Position numbers and translations under genes: made by a program
The notes under the pieces: generated by a model
Database searches by the model: none
Seen by the model: the letters and a program-made list of their open reading frames with translations, nothing else
Told to the model about the DNA's origin: nothing
Assembly: GCF_902459465.1 (NCBI RefSeq)
Contig: NC_047066.1
Location: forward strand, 11,160,001 to 11,224,000
Direction of reading: 5' to 3'
Source: Asterias rubens
Taxonomy: Eukaryota
DNA: 64,000 bases
Shown here: piece after piece, positions 23,601-35,351 of the stretch
How positions within the stretch are numbered: position 1 is the first letter of the stretch
Layout: each line of letters begins with the position of its first letter

Positions 23601-26600
23601 ATGGAGGAGGAAATGATAGGAAGCATAGTCACAAAGTTAATCATTCAGTAGAGCTTACACATTTACCGAAAAAGGGTTAATTCTATGACTCTGTTTAGGG
23701 GTCATTCACATTGACAATATTTGCAAGCGTACAAACTGTAAAGGGGAGGGGGCTGCATCCCTGAATGTTTTCTAAACAGGTGATGTTGTCATTTTTTGGT
23801 TTGCCAGTAATCATGCGAGGCTGGATGCTTCGTTTTTGAAAGTGCAAGAGCACCAAGGAAGACGTTTTATTAAAGGTAGAGGGCATCCCTATGAGGAAAG
23901 TTTAATTTCTATTGGAACATTTCAAAGGGCACTAAAGGGGGTAGCAGAGGCAATCGCTGTTGTTGCCTTCGTGAAGTATCAGAACTGCTATGGCTAAACT
24001 CACAGCCACATCAATGATTTAAAGGCAGTGGACACTTTTGGTAATTACTCAAAATAAATATTAGCATAAAACCTTTCTTGGTGACAAGTAATGGGGAGAG
24101 GTTGGTGGTATAAAACATTGTGAGAACTTGCTCCCTCTGAAGTGCCACAGTTTACGAAAAAGAAGTAATTTTCCACGAATTTGATTTTAAGACCTCAGAT
24201 TTAGAACTTGAGGTCTTGAAATCAACCATCTAAACACACACAACTTTGTGTAACAAGTGTGCTTTTTTCTTCCATTATTATCTCGCAAGTTTGATGACCG
24301 ATTGAGTTCAAATTTTCACAGGTTTGTTATTTTATGCATATGTTGAGATACCCCAACTGTGAAGGCTAGTGTTTGACAATTACCAATAGTGTCCACTGCC
24401 TTTAAAGAGATAAGGATGAGTGCTGGGCATCGTATCACATGTACAGTATGCAGGATTTCACTGCACATGTAGACTTGAAATTGGTAGAGGCAAGAATACT
24501 GGGGCTGGTAAACCATTGTTTTCACTAAGTAAGTCTTTCCCATGCTAAGCAAACTGATATGCCAATCAGCTTTATAAAATTTGTCATGTGGAAGAAACGC
24601 AAGAACAAAGGACAAACAAAGACAGACAGACTGATGAATGTCCTAGTGCTACATGTAGTATTAGAAATAGGTGTGTAATGGGGTCTTTACCATCTTTTAT
24701 GCGAGCAATAGTTTTTAAAACAACACACAAGGCCCTCAGCTTTACGTCCCATCCTAGGACACAAGTGTCACAACCGTGTCTCGAACCAACACTCTGCTGA
24801 TCAGATACAGCAGAGCTTGATTTCTGTGCTCTTATAACAACTGCTCGGCCACGACACTTCCTCCCTCCCCTTACGCAGAAGTAATAAGGTAATCTGAGGA
24901 GTTCCTCTACTGTACTACTATTTTTCCTACCAGGCTGTTCTTGAGTCGCCACATGTCACTGCGACTGATGTACTGATCTTTAAAGACCAACTCCACAAGA
25001 TCCAGACCAACATCTTGAACTGACGACACACGGCAAACCTCAACATCTTTGTAGGCTCTCAGTTGGAACAGGTTAGCTATCGTCTGATCCACGCTGATAA
25101 TCTCTATTAAAAAACAAAAATCATAAATTCTGAAGGTTATTGATCTGTTTTTTAAAGGCATTTTTTATGCATGATTGTTAAAGGCAGTGGACACTATTGG
25201 TAATTGTCAAAGACTAGGCTTCACAGTTGATGTATCTCCACATATGCATAAAATATCAAACCTGTGAAAACTTGAGCTCAATCAGTCATCGAACTTACGA
25301 GATAATAATGAAAGAAAAAACACCCTTGTCACATGAAGTTGTGTGCGTTTAGATGGTTGATTTCGAGACCTCAAGTTCTAAATCTGAGGTCTCTAAATCA
25401 AATTCGTGGAAAATTACTTCTTTCTCGAAAACTATGGCACTTCAGAGGGAGCCGTTTCTCAAAATGTTTTATACCATCGACCTCTCCCCATTACTCGTGA
25501 CCAAGAAAGGTTTTATGCTAATAATTATTTTGAGTAATTACCAATAGTGTCCACTGCCTTTAAATTATGAAATTATTTAAACAACAATTAATAACAACTT
25601 AATATGAAGTTGTTGCTGTTTTTTGAATTTTAAGACGAATTGTGAAAGTGGGGTAATGTACAACAAATCTTGATGACTGTAATAGTACCTAGTCTTGAAA
25701 TCCTAGTCTTGGAAACTTTAATAACTTAAACCACTGGTGTATACAAAAACCAACAGAAGTGCTTTGGGAAAAAACAATATATATTTTTTATTTTATTTTT
25801 TTTATTTTTATATGCAAGTTGCCAGACACACAAGGCCTGAAGGCCACTTCAAGGTGTGGGCTGAAACAGTCCATCCGGATGTAGGCTTGGGTTGCCATCA
25901 GTCCAAAGCCTAGCTGATAGAGCAGAAAGCACAACTTCCCCAATTTTAGGTAGCAAGTGTCACGACCGGGATTCAAACCCACGCTCTGCTGATCAAACAC
26001 CAGAGCTTGAATCCCGTGCCCTTAACCGCTCGGCCATGACACGACCATAATGTCACAGTGATGGGGCAGTGTCACTAACACAGAAACACTGCCCTCTCTT
26101 GGGCCAAAATGTCTTAGGTTGAAGACCCAGAAAAACTTGGAAAGTGTTGGTTATTGTTCTTTAAATAAAAAGAAAACATCCCAGCAAAAAAAGTAGGTCT
26201 ACTACAACATTTTGTTTCATCATCTTTTCTTTGTATTGAAACATTATTTTTATGCCTAAAAAAAAATATATATATATTGTTATCTTTAGTTTAAAGACAG
26301 TGGACACTATTGGTATTGTCAAAGACCAGTCTTCTCACTTGTTGTATCTCAACATATTGCACAAAACAACAAATCTGTGAAAACTTGAGCTCAATCATGT
26401 CAATTGGTTGTCGAAGTTGCGAGATGATAACGAAAGAAAAAACACCCTGGTCACACGAAATGGCGTGCTTTCAGATGCTTGATTTCATGACCTCAAATCT
26501 TTCTCGAAAACTACGTCACTTCAGAGGGAGCCATTTCTCACAATGTTTTACTATCAACCTCTCCCCATTACTCAGTACGAAGTGAGATTTTGTGCTAATA

Positions 26601-28492
26601 ATTTGTTTGAGTAATTACCAATACTGTCCACTTCCTTTAATGGTAAAACTTAACTTAGCTATTTTATAGAAAATTCATCTTTTTGTGTGTTTGTTAAACT
26701 TACCCTTCTGTGGTAGCTCTACATCTTTCAATGTGTTTACTTGTAACAGGAGATGGCTATTGAAAAAAAGGTGGATTCTAGGTTATTTCATTTTTAGGAA
26801 AAAAACCTTCATGCACCCATTTTTTTAAGACAAATTACAATGCAAAATTATTTCAGAACAAATACTAAAAATTAAATTGAACCCATACCACCACAATTGA
26901 TCAAGAGAAATATTTCCATCTAAAAAACTTGAAGTTTGAAGTTTTCATAATTTGATTTGATTTAGTGTTTTTTGAAGTAATATTTGATATGTTTATAGAC
27001 AATATAATTAAGTATTCGTCATTCATAATATAACAATCTTCCAGTTTTCATAATAAATATTAATTGATTCCATTTGATAATCTCCAGCCATACAACTAAA
27101 TGTTGTTGGGGGGGGTGGTGGTGAGCTATGAAAAATCTCACCCATAGCTGGCCCCTGGACTTTGCATCTCTGTATTATGTACAAAGAGATCGAGCTCAGC
27201 TACAATTTGTAGGCAGCCAAGCTAGACCTGTTTAGGTTTACACTGAGCAGTCACAAAAGCTCACTGTGTCTTGTATAGCTCCAATAATTGTATCAACGTT
27301 CAATGTCTTTTGAAAACAAGATAATTACAGAGTCGATTTCACAAAGATCTTAGGACCTTCGTACGAGAAACTTACGGCTAGTCGTAAGTTTGGACTAGTT
27401 ACTTGTCCGAACTTGAGATAAGACAGACAGGGGATGAGAAATAAAAAAATCTAACAGGACCTAACATTGACAAGCTACATGCACAATGTAAGAGGGAAAA
27501 TTAGGTTGAAGAAAATAATGATTTGGTGCAACTGAAAGTTTTCAAAAGAATTGAATCTTTCTTTAGTCCTCCCTCTGAAGTAACTTAAGTTTTCGAGAAG
27601 GAAGTAATTTTCCAAGAGATTGATTTCAAGACCTCAGATTTAGAACTTGGACACCCTATCACCAAATCCTTACTTCTAAAGAATAAATTGTGAACGTCCA
27701 CTTGAACATGAAGAGGAAGAGGACTTTAACAGTTTTTTAAGTACACTGGTGTGAATCTTTTCACCCAAAAGGATGACATCTGAGTAAATCAAACACGTTG
27801 TGAAGTCGCCTTTCAGAATCGACCATCAACCAACGAGGACGATAAAAACCATCTTAGAAACCATCTTTTTAGAAGACGCAGTGTGTTGGTTTGTTTCTTT
27901 GTTTGTTTGTTTCAAATTTGTAATCATGCTACAACTCACCTGTTCTTTTCATCCGGGTGAAAAATCTCCAAGATATCACCCACTTTTATGCCGGGGAACT
28001 CCTTTGGGTTCAAAATGAGCTCCTCCTCTGAAAGGAATAAAACTCCAACTTATTTTAATAAACTAAATTGAAAATGTTTAACAAAAAACCAACAGGACCT
28101 AAGAGGGAGCCTGCAGCCAACGATCGCCCCAATCCATCTACCAGCCCACCCAAGCCAACCAATCAGAGTCTCCCAACTGGACATACTGGGTGCATCACTA
28201 GCAGTGGCTACCAAAGTTACAGGGTATTTTCACCAGCAACATGCTCCTTGTTCCCCGGTCTCGTCTAGCCAGCAATGGGGACAGGAGGTTTTTCATTACA
28301 GCACCCAGGCTCTGGAATTCACTCCCTGAAAACCTCAGGGAAATACATTTAACATCTCCATCTTTCAGCAGCAACTCAAGACACACCTGTTCACACTTGC
28401 TTTCCCAACACTTGAGAATTTTCCATCTTTCCATCTTGACCGGCGCCTTTGAATGGTTTTTCACCAGATTTAGCGCACCTTTAAAAATGCTG

Positions 28493-28550
<58 letters not shown>

Positions 28551-28857
28551 TTGCAATTGAGTGAAAGATACAAATGGGGATACAAAACTTGCAAAGTTGT
28601 GTACAGCCCACAGGCACAAAATGAGCAACTCTGGCTGAAACATGAAGTATTCACAGACGCCATTTCAGTGAGCAACTCTTTTGATGCGACAATATACTGT
28701 ATCAGCACTGACAATGACCAGTGCTGTCAATGTAACAATACAAATGCTATTTGAAATAGGGGACATACTAGAGAAAGACATTGCAGTTTTCTTCCAAAAC
28801 AGAGAAATCCATTGATTACTCACCACTAAAGCTTTTCTGATGGACCCACAGCTTCAT
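20674..28857 (-). CDS. DEPDC5: GATOR1 complex subunit DEPDC5 (Iml1), 5' part; 5 coding exons, gene continues beyond the left edge of the window
   Basis: Exons (- strand): 28857-28824 (34 nt), 28027-27940 (88), 26756-26704 (53), 25103-24931 (173), 20872-20674 (199). All introns GT-AG with consistent phases. Spliced protein [36 protein letters not shown]...LLLQV...[19 protein letters not shown]...[25 protein letters not shown]...[15 protein letters not shown]...[22 protein letters not shown] matches the DEPDC5 N-terminus as I recall it. Confidence 0.93.
20921..21299. mobile_element. Kolobok-like MITE family A
   Basis: Perfect 28-bp TIRs including TTAA; opposite orientation to the 20281 copy. 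Confidence 0.88.
21645..22006. mobile_element. TTAA-type MITE family C
   Basis: TIR TTAAAGCCATTGGACCCTTTCGGT / ACCGAAAGGGTCCAATGGCTTTAA. Confidence 0.85.
22860..23142. mobile_element. PIF/Harbinger-like MITE (GGGTGCGTTCG termini)
   Basis: Imperfect TIR GGGTGCGTTCGATAAGCT / AGCTAAACGAACACACCC; internal palindromic repeats. One-ended fragment near 29570-29603. Confidence 0.65.
24019..24405. mobile_element. Kolobok-like MITE family A
   Basis: TTAA-flanked TIRs; opposite orientation to the 25178 copy. Confidence 0.88.
24720..24858 (-). mobile_element. tRNA-derived SINE (degenerate)
   Basis: On -, GTGTCGTGGCCGAGC.. (A box) and GGTTCGAGAC (B-box-like), then GACACTTGTGTCC. Similar to 25955-26043. 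Confidence 0.65.
25178..25563. mobile_element. Kolobok-like MITE family A
   Basis: TTAA-flanked TIRs. Confidence 0.88.
25783..26043 (-). mobile_element. tRNA-derived SINE with A-rich tail
   Basis: On -, GTGTCATGGCCGAGCGGTTAAG (A box) and GGTTTGAATCCC (B box), body, and A-rich tail at 25812-25783. Confidence 0.75.
26291..26640. mobile_element. Kolobok-like MITE family A
   Basis: TTAA-flanked, with a short internal deletion. Confidence 0.82.
28160..28550 (+). mobile_element. 5'-truncated L2/CR1-group LINE 3' end with (TTA)18 tail
   Basis: Translation [32 protein letters not shown] matches the L2/CR1 ORF2 C-terminal motif ([17 protein letters not shown]). Degraded HWLP motif upstream. Microsatellite tail 28495-28548. 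Confidence 0.8.
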
Positions 28858-29022
28858 ATTCCAGTCAATTCTCTCCGATGCCCCTGAGTCCTATGTTGAT
28901 TTATTGCGGTTTGAGCCAGACTGGCATTGTCACGGCTTGTACGGAGACTACATATATGTACATAAAGGCTGAATCTATTTGTTGAAGGTGGTCAGTCGGT
29001 ACATTGTTTTTTTCATTTTGAT
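28858..29022 (-). other. DEPDC5: DEPDC5 5'UTR part of the ATG-bearing exon, containing upstream ORFs
   Basis: Acceptor GTTTTGTTTCAG ends at 29023 on -. In-frame TAG upstream of the ATG. uORFs at 29016-28975 and 28963-28901. Confidence 0.55.
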
Positions 29023-29289
29023 CTGAAACAAAACAGACTGAATTTAGATTACAGCAGACATGAGAGTATTTAAACTTAAAAATAAATCATAATGCATTAA
29101 AGAAAACCCTCCAGAGAAAAATTCCCTGGTCACGCAAACATTAGGGCCTATTGTTTACATCCAGGAACCACAACTTCTCTTTTTAATAATCTAGTTGAGA
29201 CATAGTGAACCTTCATCCTCCCATCGGTCGGCAAGATGGATTGATAGAGTATTTGTTGAAATATCCCTGTAGGCTAATTAACACATAAC

Positions 29290-29450
29290 CTGAATTCAGG
29301 TAAGATGCAGTGGGTCACCTAGAACTATTTCGGTTTCGTTCCGCTATCGTCTCTCGTAACCTCATAGACGTCTACTCTCACGGCCAAAATTAGGCTCATG
29401 TGTCCTTTGAACTCTCATTGTCCATGGGACGACAGAAAATCCACTCCGCA
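29290..29450 (-). other. Possible non-coding first exon of DEPDC5
   Basis: Donor-like CAG|GTTATGT at 29290/29289 on -, CpG-richer sequence. The 5' end is only estimated. Confidence 0.3.
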
Positions 29451-30555
29451 ATCTCAAAAATTCGAGCCTAAATTTGGCTAAAAAAAGAGAAAAAAAAGAG
29501 AGATTTGCGATTCCAAAATTGATTGAACCAGTATAGTTAGTGAGAGGGGCTCACCCGAGTGAGGACTGCGGGGTACACCCAGGGAAGCTTATCGAACGCA
29601 CCCATGGCCATAGAGTACGTGGAGAATGCCACTGTGACTATACATGTTGATACACATGCAGTATTAATAATCTATATATAAGGGGAGGGGCGTGTTGTGG
29701 GAGGTGACTTTGCACTGCAGGGGCAACTTTGCTAAGTAATAAGGAGAGATATTGACTGGCTTTATTATATCACGCATGCTGCGGTTGTCCGCTGTTTGAT
29801 GCGTACATCAATACAAATATTAAAACATGTATGATTCAGCGTGGATTCACAAAAAATTACCAAGTTTACAAATGAAATACAAACATGACAAACCATAAAC
29901 AGACAAAAGTCGAAACCCAAATTCCAAAAACGTTTCATTTCATTATGTTATGTTGATTGGATTTTGTGAACGACAGTTTCGTTAAATAAAGGTTAACATG
30001 ATCAAGTAAAATGTGGGCACCAAAATGTGATCCATAAAACCATCTTAAACAAAAATTAAGCGGTCTGGTGTTTTACCTTTTACGAACTTTTAATCAGCAA
30101 CCCACATGCCATTTGGCGGCCATCACGGCTATCCGATGTTATGATTTTGCCAAATGTTGGTGAGGTCATGACCTTACACACGTGTAAGGGACCACATCCA
30201 AAGTTCTAAAACTAGATGCTACAATTAACTTAATATATGGGTACTGCTAGGTAGGGCCTACTATTAGTTGCTGGATTGCTTTGGTTTATTTAATGGTGTC
30301 AACACTACCACTTTGAGCGAAATTTTGTTATAACAGCTATTTGAGAGTTAAAAACTAAGGGGATAAAAAATGAACAGTCGTATACTTTCAAATTGAAAGT
30401 CTACGACTGTTCATTTTTTATCCATCGACGTCTGCTCTCCAGACGCCTTAATGTACGAATGTAGTGAGTGCACTGTGTGCCGCCAGTCTGAATTAAAAAT
30501 CAAAACAGGACTACAACACAAATTCAAGAAACACATCGTCGTGCTCGCATTGAAT
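29450..30555. promoter_or_regulatory. Candidate bidirectional promoter region between DEPDC5 and ERP29
   Basis: Divergent genes with ATGs 1.7 kb apart (28857 and 30556). CpG-richer segments and YY1-like GCGGCCATC near 30117. Confidence 0.5.
30361..30423. repeat. 63-bp hairpin (30-bp arms, 1 mismatch) upstream of ERP29
   Basis: GGATAAAAAATGAACAGTCGTATACTTTCA-AAT-TGAAAGTCTACGACTGTTCATTTTTTATCC. Confidence 0.9.
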
Positions 30556-33496
30556 ATGGAAATGGCTCCAAATGTTTATGTTTTTTCCCTTATTCTTTCA
30601 GTTTTGGTATTTAGTATTGGATTGGTGAACTCCTTCGGCTTTCAAGGCTCTGTGGCGCTTGATTCACTTACATTTGACAAGGTAAACATTTTCCGTCGAT
30701 CGCCCAACTAATTTTGGTACAAATCAAATAGACCTACATCATGTACAATACATGTGAATCATTTTTTGTCATTCCCTTTGGGATTGTCCAATCAAAGCAT
30801 GCCATATTGTAACAACATTTGTATCAGCGTTATTGGAAAAGTTTCCGTATGGCGCCACCACTTTTTCATTCGAAATAAAATAATATGGTATCTAATTTAC
30901 CTGATTGATATATATCCCTTTTTGTAAAAATGAGTGAAAAAGTGGTGGCGCCATACGAAAAGTTATCCGCGTTATTATCTATCAATTCTTATTAAAACTG
31001 GGTACTGCGGTGGATATTGTCCCTGTCTTTAAGGAAGAGGGAAACAAAGCTTTTGCTTCTTTTTCCTACAATCGGCTATGACATGTTTGTTAACGTCAAG
31101 CTATTTTCAATTTTTTGTTATTAACTGGATTAAGTTTTCCTTGGTACAAGTTATTAAATGTTTTCTGAACAATGTTATTGATGACGTTGACATGAAATAC
31201 ATGTATCTGAAATGAATGAAATGAAATGATATTTTGCCAGCAGGCAGCTTGGTGTAATGCATTGATGCCAGCAGAAACACACATGCTTATTATATAATAT
31301 CTTAATTAACAGCTCAGTGCCCCAGGGCAGTGCACTGTCTGTCTGACTCTGAGTGACTGTTCTCTTTCGAGCTTAAATTTTGTATTTTTATAATAACATT
31401 TTTTTTGTATACAAATTACAACAACAAGCGGGACCTCCTACAGCTTTACGTCCCATCAAAAGAAAAGCCAAGGATGAAGAAGTAGCCTACTGCTTGCTCT
31501 TGCAATTATAAACGGACTTAGGGACACAGGATTCAAACCCGCACTCGGCTGATCAGAATTACCAATGAATTGAGTCCAGTGCATTAAAGGCAGTAGACAC
31601 TATTGATAATTACTCAAAATAATTATTAGCATAAAACCTTACTTTGTAACAAGTTATTATAGGGAGGGGAGAGGTTGGTAGTATAAACCATTGCGAGAAA
31701 CGGCTCCCTTTGAAGGGATGTAGTTTTCGAGAAAGAAGTAATTTTCCGCGAATTTGATTGCGAGACCTCAGGTTTAGAATTTGAGGTCTCGAATCAAGCA
31801 TCTGAAAGCACACAACTTCGTGTGACAAGGGTGTTTTTTCTTTCTTTATTATCTCACAACTTCGACAACCAATTGAGTTCAAATTTTCACAGGTTTGTTA
31901 TTTTATTCACATGTTGAGAAACACCAAGTGGGAAGACTGGTCTTTGACAGTCACTAATAGTGTCCAGTGTCTTTAAACCGTTTGGCCACATATGTAGCCC
32001 CACCTGTGTGACCAACTCTCTCCAAGATTCAGAGAGAGTTCGGCCACATAGCCCATAGGTGGGGCTACCATGATCTTGAATAAAATATAATCCATGAAGC
32101 ACAAACTGTTTTATAACGAAAATTGAGTTTCTACATTTCATCTTGATTCAGGTAATTGGTAAATTCAAAGCGGTCTTAGTCAAGTTTGATGAGAACTATC
32201 CGCATGGAGAGAAGCAGGGAGAGTATAAGAAGATAGCGTCTGGTGGGAGTTCTCAGCCTGAATTACTCATTGCTGAGGTTGGAATACAAGGTGAATACAA
32301 AGGCCAAATAATAAAAAATACTAGTTGATCGTCCGGATTTTTCAAAAAAGAGGAGGATGAGGGCCTTACTATTTACTATGTACTATTTTTATTCAAGATG
32401 GCCGCTAAAAGTATTTCAAATCAAACAGGCCACCAATTCTTCAGTTTGAATCAACCGCAAACTTATTTATAATTAGTTGCATGATGACCTGTGTTAACAC
32501 TAACACTAACAGGGTCGGATAACAGATTTGCTGGTACTGGTAGGCATTCACTAATAATTGTTTTATGAAACCGACGGTTACAAGTGTTCGAAAAAAGGAT
32601 GCGACCCCCAAAAAGGATGTGGGCGGGGCGGTCAACTGGTATTTTTTTTTTTTTGCCTAACCCTTCATGATTTAAAACTAAAAGAGTCCTTCAAAACTTT
32701 TTGCAAGATAAATGGATAAAACACAAATTTGTTATCATCCTGAACGGCCTCTCAAATAGTAAAAGAAAATGTGGCTATTTTCAAGTTTGCAGATGGTTTT
32801 GTTGGGATTGCAACTGAAGTTAATATCAACCATTTTGCTCATTTTAATATGGCTGCCAGTGCTGCATAAACAGATTACATTTACTCCTACTACGGAGTTA
32901 AGGTTTTCATTCTAGCAGAAATGAAGACTTGACGAAGGGGCTTTGATTTAAAAATGCAAAATAAATGCTTTATTTTTCCAAATCATGTCATTACAGATTT
33001 TGGAAGTAAGGAAAATGGTGACTTAGCAGAACGCTTCAACATCCTCAAAGAAGAGCGACCCACTTACAAACTTTTCCTCCAAGGAAAGAAAGAGCCAATC
33101 AGCTACATCGGAGAAATAATCAGCTCGAGCATCTTGGATTTTGTTCAGGAACATTCCGGCCTTTGGATTGGTCGAGAGAGCTGCATTGAAAGCTTTGATA
33201 ATATAGTCAAGGAGTTCGTCAACGGAGACGAGATGAAGCAGAATTTGCTTCTTGAGAAGGCAGCAGAAGAAAAAGAGAAATTAGAGTTGCAGGACGAGAA
33301 GAAATCTGCAGAGATTTACATCAAAGTGATGAGAAAGATTCTGGAGAAGGGGAAAGAGTTTGTGATCTTGGAGATTGAGCGGGTCAAGAAATTGCTGAAA
33401 GAGAAAGTCAGTGATGCAAAGAAAAAGACTTTTGAAGCCAAGTTGAATATTCTGTCGTCATTTAGGGCTTTCATTAACTCTAAGGAAGAACTCTAG
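30556..33496 (+). CDS. ERP29: Endoplasmic reticulum resident protein 29 (ERp29/Windbeutel), 3 exons, 254 aa
   Basis: Exons 30556-30681 (126 nt), 32152-32290 (139), 32997-33496 (500), all GT-AG. Signal peptide, GSVALDSLTFDKVIGKFKAVLVKFD, helical D-domain, C-terminal KEEL. Start may be 30562. Confidence 0.95.
30835..30968. mobile_element. Small MITE in ERP29 intron 1
   Basis: Inverted arms CGTATGGCGCCACCACTTTTTCA / TGAAAAAGTGGTGGCGCCATACG. Confidence 0.7.
31584..31976. mobile_element. Kolobok-like MITE family A, abutting and probably interrupting a SINE (31425-31583)
   Basis: TTAA-flanked. SINE-like GGATTCAAACCCGCACTCGGCTGATCAG lies immediately to its left. Confidence 0.82.
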
Positions 33497-34245
33497 GGTA
33501 ATAAAGAGCTGGGATACATTTTTGTTTCCAATTTGTTTTGCACATTTCCAAGGGAAATGAATTTGGGAAGTCTTCACTATGTAGAATTTCAATTAATTTG
33601 TCACATTTAAGAACACTTTAACTTTCAAGATGTAGGATATTCACCTTCACTCAAAGATGTCACAATTTCCGTTGCAGCTGTCAAGTGCAAAAAATAATGT
33701 TATGTAACTCATTTTTAATTTTAACATTGTTATTAAATTTATACCCTGAAATCATTCTAATTTGTATCAAGGAAAAAATGTGCAATCTTAAATAAAAATT
33801 TATCTGGCTAAATTGAATGAAAATATTTTAATGAAGTTAAATTTTGGAGTAGTAATGTAAGTAGGAATTATTAAAAAAATCTTCACACACATTTTTTTTT
33901 TTTTTGATGTTCAAGCAGCTCCAAGCTCATCAAAACGAAATTTTGAAATATTTGTTAGCGATATCTCTATTTGGAATTAGGAAAAAAAAATTCATTACAA
34001 ATTTTTGAAATAAATCTATGCAACACCTCAATGAAATATTGTTTAAATCATGAATTTTGATTAACAAGTCGGCCACTTACATGTATCATTGGCCGATTTG
34101 TTTTATGTAATGCCTTTATTATGAAAACTTAATACCTCCAATCTGTAAAAAAAAGAATCTGCCCCCAAACATTATCTTACACATCTTCTTTAAAGGAAAA
34201 GAACTTTGGAGATTTGCACAAAGAAACTTTTAACATCAGGGTCAT

Positions 34246-34810
34246 TAGATAATGGGGATGTTATAGTAAGATTTACTATAGTGTTTCCCTGTTACTGTTT
34301 TCAAGTTTTTTGACTTGACAAGGTCACAAGAAGCATATATCACTTTTAACTAAGTTTTTGAAATTATTAATATGGTCACTTAACACCAAGTTGCTGTATG
34401 TACCGAGAAAATTGCATTAAAGAATGTGGTCATTTTTAATCAAGCACAAATTGAAATAAAAATTGTGTTTCATTTTTCTTTGGGATCCCTCCACCCGTCT
34501 TGTCATGGCTGCAGATATAGATATAGATAATGGGAATGTTATAGAATGTTATAGTAAGATTTACTATAGTGTTTCCCTGTTACTGTTTTCAAGTTTTTTG
34601 ACTTGACAAGGTCACAAGAAGCATATATCACTTTTAACTAAATTTTTGAAATTATTAATATGGTCACTTAACACCAAGTTGCTGTATGTACCGAGAAAAT
34701 TGCATTAAAGAATGTGGTCATTTTTAATCAAGCACAAATTGAAATAAAAATTGTGTTTCATTTTTCTTTGGGATCCCTCCACCCGTCTTGTCATGGCTGC
34801 AGATATAGAT
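34246..34810 (+). repeat. 288-bp tandem duplication downstream of ERP29
   Basis: GTAAGATTTACTATAG at 34266 and 34554. Copies nearly identical. Confidence 0.92.
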
Positions 34811-35029
34811 GGTAAAACCACAACCATGGCCTCTTTAGAACAATTTGTTGCTACATTTTGTACTAAATTGCTTCAACTTTCCAGGTTGTGAAAGCAAGTT
34901 TAAAACGAGTTGTTTACAAAAGATAATTATGTGAAAATTCAGAACAAGGCAAAGTTTTTTAAGATTATGTTGAGCTTATCCCTATACTTTCGAAATAAGT
35001 GTGTCTTTGTTGATAGAGGGCGCGCTTTG

Positions 35030-35111
35030 GACTACCGAAGGAGGACCACACACACGTGATGAATCGAGATTCGACTGTGCATTATTGAGAGAGAACGAAT
35101 CTTCTTGTCGG
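35030..35111 (+). other. Possible non-coding first exon of P2X gene A
   Basis: Consensus donor CGG|GTAAGT at 35111/35112. Matching acceptor with branch-site ACTAAC (37031-37036) and TTCTACTTCTAG ending 37061, about 100 nt before the ATG. Confidence 0.4.
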
Positions 35112-35351
35112 GTAAGTAGTTGTAAACAATTAGAAAGTTTTGGGGGTGTGACTTGAGGAGTGGACTAGGTTGGGCTAAAGCATGCTAAGAAAGTAGTGCC
35201 TACTCAAGACACGACACACATACACCGGCTGTACGCTCTTTCTGTACACTACTGACCGGTTGTTTTTTAATGGCATTATTTTATAAATTAGTTACTCGGA
35301 CGGAAAATTAACTTTACTTCCTTGGTGTTGTCAACCATGGAGGAATAAATC

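Noticed and set aside
28241-28714. Poly-Tyr and poly-Ile ORFs
   Set aside because: They come from the (TTA)18 tail of a decayed L2 fragment.
28824-28857. Possible frameshift in the first DEPDC5 coding exon at a T homopolymer
   Set aside because: Read with four Ts, the exon is 34 nt, encodes [11 protein letters not shown] and joins the next exon in phase 1. A miscount by eye is more likely than a lesion; worth a quick machine check.
30451-30555. Upstream in-frame ATG for ERP29
   Set aside because: It would place 35 hydrophilic residues before the signal peptide. The downstream ATGs fit better.
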